25,031 bases of DNA from a bacterium (GTDB taxonomy: Bacteria > Bdellovibrionota_C > UBA2361 > CALJRW01): NCBI GenBank assembly GCA_031385045.1, contig JANNBC010000043.1, positions 1-25,031 of the forward strand. Direction: 5' to 3'. The translations under genes were made by a program, and so were the position numbers. The notes beneath the pieces are model-generated. The model ran no database searches. It saw nothing but the letters and a program-made list of their open reading frames with translations, and had not been told where the DNA came from. How positions within the stretch are numbered: the first letter of the stretch is position 1; every line of letters begins with the position of its first letter. Below, in pieces: positions 1-8,574 of the stretch.

Positions 1-108
1 TAATAATATTTTTTTTGATCATTGATAGCATAGTTTAGTAAAACTATGACTAATTTAGGACGCTACTCAAAAAGTAGATAGATACAATCTTACTTATTTC
101 AATAACTT

Positions 109-141
109 ACAGCCTTAAGTCAATGGCTGTGTGCCTGGCAC
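109..141. repeat. REP-like palindromic element, copy 1 (ACAGCC-N10-GGCTGT followed by GTGCCTGGCAC)
   Basis: Two adjacent GC-rich palindromes in very AT-rich DNA; a related sequence lies at 1192-1215. Confidence 0.5.
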
Positions 142-164
142 TAGGTTAAAAAAACTAGGTAAAT

Positions 165-872
165 CTACAAATTAGTTTTTTTCCAATAAACTTCAGTATT
201 ATTTTCTATTGTTATTAGTTTATCTGATATCTTATGAATTGATCTAAATTCATCAACTGCTTTTCTACAACCAATAAAAGTATGGTAGTCATCAATAATT
301 ATAATTCCATTTTCAGATACAGCTTGATAGAGAGTATCTAAACAGTATTTAGTAGATGTATACCAATCATTATCTAAGCGTAAAATAGCAATTTCGCCAA
401 TATTAGACTTATTGACTTCCAAACTTTGATCAAACCAACCTTTTACAATAGTTGTATTTTGATAAAATGGAGAAGTCTCTTCAACTATTTTTCTAGCTCC
501 GATTTCACCTTCAAATTCGGAACATTTATACCCTACCCAATTTTTGCCATCACCTTCATCTTCGACACTTAGTTCTGGCATACCTTCAAAGCTATCAAAA
601 CCCCAAACTTTTCTATTACCAGCAAAATATGAAAGTAATGCAAGACAACCACCCTTAGCTACACCACATTCAACGTACGATCCTTTTGGTAGTTCCGTCG
701 CTATGGTTAATTTATATAAATTAATAAGTCGCTTCTTACTGACCATTGTTTTCTTTTGATAAATTATCGAAAGTATTAAAATTTGAGCCGTTATCGAGTT
801 TGGAGCTAAGTTAAAATGCTTAACGATCTTTGCTAAACGAAAAATTATAAACGCTTTTATATTATAAATCAT
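165..872 (-). CDS. TylF/MycF/NovP-family SAM-dependent O-methyltransferase
   Basis: Family motifs GSYVECGVAKGG, GFDSFEGMP, KGWF, LRLDNDWYTST and IIIIDDY, in the expected order. Confidence 0.9.
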   Translation of the reverse strand: MIYNIKAFIIFRLAKIVKHFNLAPNSITAQILILSIIYQKKTMVSKKRLINLYKLTIATELPKGSYVECGVAKGGCLALLSYFAGNRKVWGFDSFEGMPELSVEDEGDGKNWVGYKCSEFEGEIGARKIVEETSPFYQNTTIVKGWFDQSLEVNKSNIGEIAILRLDNDWYTSTKYCLDTLYQAVSENGIIIIDDYHTFIGCRKAVDEFRSIHKISDKLITIENNTEVYWKKTNL

Positions 873-874
873 AA

Positions 875-1191
875 TTAAAGTTTTTTTGTTTTAAAATTCT
901 GAGCAAGATTTAATAAATTAAAATTTTCTTTAAAGTTATGTTTAGTAAAACTTGAAATGTATGATGGAAAGCTATTATGACCATATATCTGACAAAGATT
1001 AATTAATTTTTTTAGACAGCCTCTGAAGTAATAAAAATCATCGTTTAATACTTAATAACCATTATATTCATTAATAACAACTGCTGAAATACCATCAATA
1101 TTAAATGCCACTATTGGCAAACTATTAGCCATTGCTTCTAAATAGACAGTGGAAGTCCTTCTGTTTGTGAGGGCTGTATGTAGTTATCAGT
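875..1191 (-). pseudogene. Decayed C-terminal fragment of a GT4 (Glycos_transf_1) glycosyltransferase
   Basis: Manual translation: DNYIQPSQTEGLPLSI /frameshift near 1140-1143/ LEAMANSLPIVAFNIDGISAVVINEYNGY*(TAA 1052-1054)VLNDD..., then open to TAA at 875-877. Contains the GT4 E-x7-E motif (EGLPLSILEAM) and NGY(L)V. Confidence 0.85.
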
Positions 1192-1215
1192 TTAAGGCTG
1201 TGCGTGCCAGGCTAC
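1192..1215. repeat. REP-like element, degenerate copy 2 (TTAAGGCTGTGCGTGCCAGGCTAC)
   Basis: 1192-1201 is the exact reverse complement of 109-118; GGCTGT..GTGCCAGGC resembles 125-139. Confidence 0.45.
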
Positions 1216-1419
1216 TTTTTTCTCCCCTACAACAACTCTCACTTGAGTATCAGGAGGCTGACATAGTTCAACTAGTTTAAACGCGCGGCTACGCCTTAGT
1301 TCTCTAATCTGAATAACTACCTAGAATGCTTCTAAGAGATCTTGGGCTAGGATACTTTTATAATCGACTATTATAGATAAGCTTCTAAAACCAACCTTAA
1401 ATTAAGCAATTTGGATTCG

Positions 1420-1466
1420 TGCAATACTACTGCATAATTTGATGCATTTTATGCAGTAGTGTTGCA
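1420..1466. repeat. 18-bp inverted repeat with 11-bp spacer
   Basis: TGCAATACTACTGCATAA (1420-1437) and TTATGCAGTAGTGTTGCA (1449-1466) are complementary at 17 of 18 positions. Confidence 0.8.
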
Positions 1467-1585
1467 TAAAAATCAAAAAATCGAGCACCAAGCAATAGAT
1501 CAATAATATTATATTTAAACAGAAAGGAAGAAGGATATGTTTATAGAATAGTAAGAGAACTTTACCTGCGGATCAGAAAATCAGA

Positions 1586-3307
1586 TTACTTCCGAACTTT
1601 AATTTCCTGGCCAATCTTTAATCCAGTGCCGGTAATTTTATTTAACTGTCGGATATCGGTGATACTCACTTTGTACTGATTACTAATTGACCAAAGGGTA
1701 TCTCCAGGAGCGACCTTGTGAGTAGTAGCAGTTGTATTAGCTACTTTAGAAATAATTGGAGCAGCTGGGATTCTCTCTTGGACTTTTAACTGCTGTCCTT
1801 CTTTAATCACATTAGCACTTAAACCATTTAGACTTTTTAAATCAGCAACTGTCATTCCATATTTAACAGCAATAGAACCTAAAGTTTCTCGATATTTCAC
1901 TAAATGAGTCCCACTAGCCATTGTTGGTAAGGGATCAATATCTTGTTCTTTTAGAACAGCGATAGCACTTTCTCTTGGAGCAACATTTAACTTCTGACCA
2001 ATGCGCACAGTATCAGAATTTAGATTATTAAGTTGCTTCAGTTGTTTAACAGTTAGTTCATGTCTAGAAGCAATTCCAGCTAGCGTATCTCCTGAGCGAA
2101 CATTATATGTACCGACACCATAAACTACACTGGCACTTCCCGAAGTTGGCTCGGGTGCTTTAAGTGAAACTACTTTGGATTTGTATTTACTCGGAACTTT
2201 TAAGACGTAGTTCTTTGGTATTTTATAACGACCTTGCCAGATAGCATCTGAGATTCCGTAGTTATACTGTTTAAGCTCTTCTAAGCTAACATCTAAACGA
2301 GTCATTATGTGCTGAACTGAAGTATCATTAGAAATTGGATATTCAGTTACTTGTAAAGCTGGTTCAACTTTAATTCCTGGAAAATACTTTTCACGATTAT
2401 CATAAACTTCATTAGCAGCTAGTAATTCCGGGAAAAAGTTATTGGAAGCAAAACCAAAAAGCTGGTTAGTTGGATGCTCGATTAAGTAAGATATGTCACG
2501 TGATCCCATTTTCTTAACTTTACCGCGAACTCCACCAACACCATGGTTATAGGAAGTTACAGCAAGGGGCCAGCGCTCTAAAGCCTTATGGGCAGAGCGC
2601 ATATACTTTGCCGCAGCACGAGTAGCCGAAATTACATCACGGCGCTCGTCAATTAAATTATCAACTCGCATATAACCTTTAGCAGTACTGCGCATAAACT
2701 GCCAAATACCAGCAGCACCTACGGAGCTATATGCTTTGTAATTAAAAGATGATTCCACAAATGGTAAGCGAGTTAATTCTTTAGGAAGGTTAAATTCATT
2801 AACAAAAATATTTTCAATAATTGGCATGTAACGGCCAGATAGGATGATCGCTTCTTCAAACTTTTCTTTAATTCCAGTCTGACTACGAACTTTATCTTCA
2901 GTGACAGTGCTTAAGTACTTACTCTTTCCACCAGGGACATACTCCATGGCAGTTTCTATTTGCTCCGCTAACTTTGAGCCATCATTGCGACCTTCTACTA
3001 GCTCCGAAATAATTTTGCGAATTTTAGCGGTGTGCTCAGCTTTAGCTTTATTAACAGTTACGTCATAAGCAGCAGTCTTTCTTCCATACTTTTCCGCAAC
3101 CCAGTTATAATCAACAACATCAAAAACAGCTTGTGGATAATCACGATGATGAAAGATGGCATGTTGTTGAGTATAAATTGCAAATACACCAATCCAAAAA
3201 TCTACTCTGGGACGTAACTCTTCAGGTACTTTAAATTCTTGATGACTAGGTGTTGCTAGGGCAACGTTTGTTAGGAAACAAAATAAAACTGCTAAGAAGA
3301 TTCTCAT
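1586..3307 (-). CDS. mltD: MltD-like lytic murein transglycosylase (SLT domain plus three LysM domains)
   Basis: Signal peptide; SLT motifs LPFVESSF, AAGIWQFM and SYNHG; three LysM repeats (YNVRSGDTL, HLVKYRETL, HKVAPGDTL). Confidence 0.9.
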   Translation of the reverse strand: MRIFLAVLFCFLTNVALATPSHQEFKVPEELRPRVDFWIGVFAIYTQQHAIFHHRDYPQAVFDVVDYNWVAEKYGRKTAAYDVTVNKAKAEHTAKIRKIISELVEGRNDGSKLAEQIETAMEYVPGGKSKYLSTVTEDKVRSQTGIKEKFEEAIILSGRYMPIIENIFVNEFNLPKELTRLPFVESSFNYKAYSSVGAAGIWQFMRSTAKGYMRVDNLIDERRDVISATRAAAKYMRSAHKALERWPLAVTSYNHGVGGVRGKVKKMGSRDISYLIEHPTNQLFGFASNNFFPELLAANEVYDNREKYFPGIKVEPALQVTEYPISNDTSVQHIMTRLDVSLEELKQYNYGISDAIWQGRYKIPKNYVLKVPSKYKSKVVSLKAPEPTSGSASVVYGVGTYNVRSGDTLAGIASRHELTVKQLKQLNNLNSDTVRIGQKLNVAPRESAIAVLKEQDIDPLPTMASGTHLVKYRETLGSIAVKYGMTVADLKSLNGLSANVIKEGQQLKVQERIPAAPIISKVANTTATTHKVAPGDTLWSISNQYKVSITDIRQLNKITGTGLKIGQEIKVRK

Positions 3308-4686
3308 TGCTGATAAAGTAAATTAATTATTTTGTTTTCTAATTCTCTAGAGCTTGCGCCAGAAGTTACTTTGTTTTGGATCAAACCAAAAATATATTTT
3401 TTTCTTTTCTTAGTACTAACCATACCAATTAAGGAATCAACACCATTAATTGTTCCAGTCTTTCCACGAATTACTAAACCATCGGAGAATTTAACTTTTT
3501 TTAATGTTCCAACTTGGCCAGAAACGGCCAGTGAGCTTAAGAACTCTGGTAAGATCGTGTAATCTTGAATTGATTCTTTAAAGATCTCCGTTAAGATCCT
3601 AATTGTGATTCGATTACTATGGCTTAAGCCAGAAGCATCATGTAGCTCAAAAGTTGAAGGATCAAATCCTTTGGATTTTAAATAGCTTGTCAGATTAATT
3701 AGACCTTGCTTGCGACTAAACCGATTATTTAAACTTCCGGCACGATATAGCAGTTGTTCAGCAATAAAATTGCTACTAAATTTATTTAAGTCAGCAATAA
3801 TTTGACTAAGTGCTTTTGATTGGTGAGTTCCCAGTTTTTTAGTTGAGCCAGAGAACTTCTGATGATAAAGTTTTCCGGTAACAGTTATCCCAATATAATT
3901 TAAATTTCTTTGTACCGCGCCGGCCAAGTACTGCACTGGATCGCTAACGCTACGATAAACTTCGGTGCATCCAGAATTAGTGGGAATACTTCCTGCTAGG
4001 CGATAGATCTGCGGATATGATTGTCCTTTCGGAGTATAATCATCTACTCCATAGGCTACAGAGCGACCACCTAAGCCAATCTGACCTTCAAACTGAATTG
4101 GATATTCCCAAGGATCGGGAGTTACGCGCGCAACACTTCCGCCTCCACCACAAACCTTAAATGTGATTGTATTAAAATTAAATGAGAGTGCCGAATTGGA
4201 TGCTTGATAGGCGCTTTGACCTGAACGAGGCATTTGCTCGACAAAAGCAGTGTCATCTAAATAAATATTACCTACTTCTGTAATGCCATATTTTTTTAGA
4301 TTTCGAATCAGCACCCAAAGTGACTCAGTTGTAAAACTTGGATCCCCTTGGCCACGAATAATTAAATTATTAACCTTAGTCCCTGTAAAGCCTTCTGCTT
4401 CGATATAAGTTTCAAAACGAAAATCTGTCCCCAGCTTTTTAAGGGAATAGTTAGTGATCAGTAGTTTCATCACGCTAGCAGGTTTCACTGGCTCATCTGG
4501 ATTATAACTATAGACTAACTCATTAGTATCAGGGTTAATGATGTAGATTCCTTTAGTAAATTTATTACCAGCATTAACAATTGATTGGATTTGTGCACTT
4601 AAGGCTGAATCAGCTGAGCACAGGTTCGAGAACACCACGACTAATAGGCTAAAAAGCCCTAATATTTGTAGAAATTTTTTAAACAA
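3304..4686 (-). CDS. dacB: D-alanyl-D-alanine carboxypeptidase/endopeptidase (PBP4, peptidase S13)
   Basis: SxxK (PASVMK), GQGDPSF, SxN (KFSSN), DASGLS and KTGT motifs; signal peptide; TTG start; 4-bp overlap with mltD. Confidence 0.92.
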   Translation of the reverse strand: MFKKFLQILGLFSLLVVVFSNLCSADSALSAQIQSIVNAGNKFTKGIYIINPDTNELVYSYNPDEPVKPASVMKLLITNYSLKKLGTDFRFETYIEAEGFTGTKVNNLIIRGQGDPSFTTESLWVLIRNLKKYGITEVGNIYLDDTAFVEQMPRSGQSAYQASNSALSFNFNTITFKVCGGGGSVARVTPDPWEYPIQFEGQIGLGGRSVAYGVDDYTPKGQSYPQIYRLAGSIPTNSGCTEVYRSVSDPVQYLAGAVQRNLNYIGITVTGKLYHQKFSGSTKKLGTHQSKALSQIIADLNKFSSNFIAEQLLYRAGSLNNRFSRKQGLINLTSYLKSKGFDPSTFELHDASGLSHSNRITIRILTEIFKESIQDYTILPEFLSSLAVSGQVGTLKKVKFSDGLVIRGKTGTINGVDSLIGMVSTKKRKKYIFGLIQNKVTSGASSRELENKIINLLYQQ

Positions 4687-4727
4687 GGATTTTTTTGAAA
4701 AATAAAAGACAACTCTTCTTTAGTATC

Positions 4728-5069
4728 TTATTTTCCTAAACAACGAAAGTCATCTAACTGAGAATCAGTCAGTGCTGAGGTATAATTTTCGTTGATTTTA
4801 ACAAATTCTTGAAAGTCAGCAGGCACAGCACTATCTTCATAAATTGCTTCCACGGGACACTCTGTCTCACAAGCACCACAGTTGATACATTCATCTGGGT
4901 GAATCATAAGCATTCCAGCGCCTTCATCCCCATCATTACCTTCAAAAGCTACTCCGTATTTTTCATTTAGTTCAATTTTTTTGAAATTATAGAAACAATC
5001 AACCGGACAAACCTCAACACATGATCGATCTTTGGTTCCTAAGCAAGGTTTGGTAACAATGTAAGCCAT
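4728..5069 (-). CDS. 7Fe-type (FdxA-like) dicluster ferredoxin
   Basis: CLGTKDRSCVEVCPVDC and HPDECINCGACETECPVEAIY cysteine motifs. Confidence 0.9.
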   Translation of the reverse strand: MAYIVTKPCLGTKDRSCVEVCPVDCFYNFKKIELNEKYGVAFEGNDGDEGAGMLMIHPDECINCGACETECPVEAIYEDSAVPADFQEFVKINENYTSALTDSQLDDFRCLGK

Positions 5070-5173
5070 CTCTGAAAAAATAATGATAAATTTATAATCC
5101 TACTTCTAACAAGTGTTTAGAATTATTTCAATATACCAAGCAACCAAGATACCCTATCATCTTTACCAGTTTA

Positions 5174-5199
5174 TCCCCCGTAGCTTCAGCGAAGGAGGA
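5174..5199. repeat. Short GC-rich palindromic element (TCCTCCTTCGCTGAAGCTACGGGGGA on the minus strand)
   Basis: TCCCCC...GGAGGA arms around GTAGCTTCAGCGAA, isolated in an AT-rich intergenic region; resembles dispersed CCTTCGCTnAAGCTnCGG-type repeats. Confidence 0.5.
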
Positions 5200-5213
5200 A
5201 TAAAGTGAATGAA

Positions 5214-5242
5214 TTGACTTCAAACAAACGTTTGATTAAAAT
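5214..5242 (+). promoter_or_regulatory. Sigma70 promoter with a PsrA-type operator in the spacer
   Basis: TTGACT (5214-5219)-17 bp-TAAAAT (5237-5242); the spacer contains the palindrome TCAAAC-AAAC-GTTTGA (5220-5235). Confidence 0.8.
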
Positions 5243-5255
5243 GCCCACACACCCC

Positions 5256-5975
5256 ATGAACACCAAAACAAAAATCCTAAACTCCGCAGAAGAGTTATTT
5301 GCCGATCGAGGCTTTGAAAACGTTTCCATTCGCGAAATTATTACCAAAGCATCAGTGAATATTGCTGCTATTAATTATCACTTTGGAAATAAAGAAGAGC
5401 TAATCTTTGCTGTAGTGAAGCGTCGAATCATGGAAGTAAATAACAATCGCACTGAGCTTCTGGAAGAATTACGAGTTAAATATCAAACTAAACCAATCCC
5501 AGTTAAAAAAATTATTCATGGCTTTATCTATCCGGCTTTTATGCATAGTCATGGAGAGAAGAAAAATGGATCGCATTTTCTTAAGTTAATGGGCCGGATA
5601 ATGTCAAATAGCTATCCTAATTTAAAGACACGCGTCTTTGAAGTTTTCGATCCGATTGCTCAAGAATATTTAAGTGAATTAATTAAAGCCCTTCCGCAAA
5701 TGCCAGTGAGCATGGTTTCTCAAAAATTTTATTTTACGGTTGGTAGTATGGCGCATGTATTACTTAACCATACAAACCCTGACTGCATTAAAAAATCTCT
5801 ACAAGGAGAAAAAGATCTAATTCAAATTGCTGAAGATCTAATTGAATTTTGCGCTGGAGGTTTTAATCCTAGCCCTAAGATGCAAGTAACAAAGATTAAT
5901 GCAAAAAAACTTACTCCTAAAACTAAGCAACCCGTCGGTCTTCGTTCTCAGATGCACCAGCAAAATTATGCTTGA
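5256..5975 (+). CDS. TetR/AcrR-family regulator, PsrA-like
   Basis: HTH TKTKILNSAEELFADRGFENVSIREI...VNIAAINYHFGNKEEL; C-terminal LIEFCAGGF. Start moved from GTG 5205 to the in-frame ATG 5256 because the promoter/operator occupies 5214-5242. Confidence 0.9.
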   Translation: MNTKTKILNSAEELFADRGFENVSIREIITKASVNIAAINYHFGNKEELIFAVVKRRIMEVNNNRTELLEELRVKYQTKPIPVKKIIHGFIYPAFMHSHGEKKNGSHFLKLMGRIMSNSYPNLKTRVFEVFDPIAQEYLSELIKALPQMPVSMVSQKFYFTVGSMAHVLLNHTNPDCIKKSLQGEKDLIQIAEDLIEFCAGGFNPSPKMQVTKINAKKLTPKTKQPVGLRSQMHQQNYA

Positions 5976-8574
5976 TAATCTTACTAGGATCTACTTTTTC
6001 AACTAGGCTACCCACAATATCCTGAGCAATGATAATTTCATTACCCTCAACAGTGTAAAACTCTACACGAATGATATTGCCGTCTCGCTCGATAATTCTT
6101 GACCGCTTATCAGCACTAGGATCATTCTTAGCTTCTGCTTGATGGGCAACAACTTCTTCTTTTTGAGAAAAAGCATAAACTTCACTAACGTACTGCTCAT
6201 CAATCACCAATTCTGTATCCACAGGGGCTCGTACGCGACTTCGCCCTTCACCCATAACAGCATGAGAATGTAATCTAAACTTAGCTAAGGCTTTTTTGAA
6301 GGCCTGCTCACAAACTTCCTTAATACCTTTTTCCAGACCTTCACGATAAGCTTTAGTAGCAGCTTCTGCTAACTCATCAGAGAATTCTTTAGTTGACTTA
6401 CCAGCTTTATGAGCAATGGCATCCATTGATTCTTTAAATGCTGGATTATCTTTTAATGCATCATCGATATGTCCGCGATAAGCCTTACCAAAATGAGCAC
6501 TAGCATCAGGTACAATTTCCTTCTGGATCACTTCGCTTGCTTCTTTAGTTAAGGTTTCTAAAATCTCTCCATCCTTAACGCCACTGCGAAAGGCTTTGGA
6601 AGTTGCCTTAGACATTTGCTTAGCTTCTTTAACACTATAACCAGCGTCAATTAATTTTTGACGAAGCTCCTTGCCACCTGTTTGTAAATCTTTAAAAGTA
6701 GTTTCAGCTCCTTCAGTTAAGTGTTTAGCAATTCCTGAACGCTCTAAAATCTCCTTAGCATTTTTTTCTCCTAATTCAGCAGCACGCGCAGCAATTTTTT
6801 CGGTAATCTTTCCTGCAGTCTCTTTAGTTACAACACCAGCACCTTCCTTAATCACTAGATCCACTGTTTCTTTACCAAGAACTTGGGCACTTTCTTGAGC
6901 AACTTCTTTGGCAATTGTTTTAGCTCCATTTTTAAGGCCTTGCTCCAAGGCATTTTCGGCTAACTCTTTCCCAATTGTTTTTAGGCCTTGTTTGGCCATT
7001 AGCTGTAAAGCTTCTTTGGCAGCGATTCGACCAGTAGCAACTAAGGCAACTGTTCCAACTGCAGCGCCACCACTGGCTACAGTAGCAGCAATACTACCAG
7101 CAGAAAGTGCGGCAAAAGTTAAATGCATGGTGGCTTGCGCACCTTCTAGTGCGGCTTCTAAATTACGCCCTTCGCCAACAAGAATTAAAGCTTTACAACC
7201 ATGAGAGGCAGCATAGTATACGTCCGCAATACCGGTGATTTCACAAGCACATTGCAGACCACCAACAACTCCGTCTTTTAAGGCGACCATATTGTTAGCA
7301 AAATTTTTATTGGCAACACTAAAATCTCCGCCAGTTCTAGCTAAATCATAAATATATTCATACGGAGCTTTAATACCAGCAACAACTCCCTTAGCAACAG
7401 CAGTGAGTCCGATGGAATCACACATATCCCCAGCAAACTTACCAACAGCTTTAAGTGAGCCAACTGGATCTGTTACTAAATTCCAAGCTCCTTTAGCAAT
7501 TCCTTCAACAACATAAATTCCACCATCTAGAATCATCTTGCCAGCTTTCAACCAATTCTCCGGTTCTTTCACAGCATCCCAAGCTTTACCAGCTAACTCT
7601 AGAGTTTTTTCACCAATTTTTTCCCAATCAGCATTCACAATAGCGTTTGTAATTCCTTTGCCTAAAGTAACAATCCCAACACCCACTGCCTTGGCACCTT
7701 TAAGCAAACTTTCTCCAGCATTAATTAAATCATTACCGACTTCACGCAGACTATCTAAGGCCCCTGAACACCAATTTTTAGCTTCATAATATTTACGCTT
7801 GACCCAGTTCATATCATTAAAATCAGCATCTCTTTGGGCAGTATATGTTTTAATAAATTCTTCTTGAATCTTAGCAATTAAGGTTGGATCAGCATTAGTC
7901 TTGGCAATTGTTTGTTCCATGTAGGTTTTAAACTCGGCAGAGGAAATAACCCGGTTTGGATCTTCAGCAAAATGAGCCTTGGCAACATTACTGGCCATTG
8001 CCTTAACTTCTTGCATAGTCTTCTCTTCTTGTTGCGCTTGTTGTAATTGCGCATTTTGCAATTGAATTTTTTGTTGCTCAGCTTGAAGTTCAGCCTTTGC
8101 TCTAACTTCCTCTTGAGCTCTTGCTAATTCCCTAGCTTCTCTTTCGCGGGCTTGCCTTAAGGCTTCTTCTTGTTGTTCCGTAGATTTGCTACTAGAGGTA
8201 CTGTCAATAACTAGATCCCCAGAACGAGTTTTACCTTCTAGTTTTCTAGCCAATTCTAAATCTTGGTTAATAACTGATGCTTGACTTACACTTAAACCAC
8301 TTGGAGCTTCAGGTGTGGCTTCCGGCAAAGCTCGCTCAGCTGCAACTAATTGCTCTACAGATTTAATTGCTGTAAAATTTTCTGCTTCTAAATCAAACTC
8401 CTCACCTTTTTTTTTCTTACGTAAATCACCGAAAGGATTTAAATCTTTGGCAAACTCATGACGAGCAGAATTATCTGTTAGTGATGTAGCTTTAAGTCCA
8501 GATGGAAGCGGTTGATTTGTAGGTTCAGTACTTGTTCCAACTGGGTGGTCTTGTTGCAATTCTAATTTAGACAT
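5923..8574 (-). CDS. 883-aa hypothetical alpha-helical protein with coiled coil and central hydrophobic hairpin
   Basis: Long ORF; Q/E/A-rich coiled coil at about aa 130-190; Trp-containing amphipathic helices; hydrophobic segment LTFAALSAGSIAATVASGGAAVGTVALVATG; K/E/A-rich C-terminal half; no signal peptide. Confidence 0.8.
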   Translation of the reverse strand: MSKLELQQDHPVGTSTEPTNQPLPSGLKATSLTDNSARHEFAKDLNPFGDLRKKKKGEEFDLEAENFTAIKSVEQLVAAERALPEATPEAPSGLSVSQASVINQDLELARKLEGKTRSGDLVIDSTSSSKSTEQQEEALRQAREREARELARAQEEVRAKAELQAEQQKIQLQNAQLQQAQQEEKTMQEVKAMASNVAKAHFAEDPNRVISSAEFKTYMEQTIAKTNADPTLIAKIQEEFIKTYTAQRDADFNDMNWVKRKYYEAKNWCSGALDSLREVGNDLINAGESLLKGAKAVGVGIVTLGKGITNAIVNADWEKIGEKTLELAGKAWDAVKEPENWLKAGKMILDGGIYVVEGIAKGAWNLVTDPVGSLKAVGKFAGDMCDSIGLTAVAKGVVAGIKAPYEYIYDLARTGGDFSVANKNFANNMVALKDGVVGGLQCACEITGIADVYYAASHGCKALILVGEGRNLEAALEGAQATMHLTFAALSAGSIAATVASGGAAVGTVALVATGRIAAKEALQLMAKQGLKTIGKELAENALEQGLKNGAKTIAKEVAQESAQVLGKETVDLVIKEGAGVVTKETAGKITEKIAARAAELGEKNAKEILERSGIAKHLTEGAETTFKDLQTGGKELRQKLIDAGYSVKEAKQMSKATSKAFRSGVKDGEILETLTKEASEVIQKEIVPDASAHFGKAYRGHIDDALKDNPAFKESMDAIAHKAGKSTKEFSDELAEAATKAYREGLEKGIKEVCEQAFKKALAKFRLHSHAVMGEGRSRVRAPVDTELVIDEQYVSEVYAFSQKEEVVAHQAEAKNDPSADKRSRIIERDGNIIRVEFYTVEGNEIIIAQDIVGSLVEKVDPSKIIKHNFAGASENEDRRVA

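Noticed and set aside
1..31. Possible start of a minus-strand gene (MLSMIKKNII...) running off the window
   Set aside because: Only 10 codons are visible; not supportable.
1192..1400. Short minus-strand open stretch (VVIQIRELRRSRAFKLVELCQPP...)
   Set aside because: No credible start and no family motif; may be a remnant but cannot be assigned.
6671..7789. Three plus-strand ORFs (6671, 6908, 7538)
   Set aside because: Antisense shadows inside the Ala/Gly/Lys-rich 883-aa gene, all with TTG starts and no RBS.
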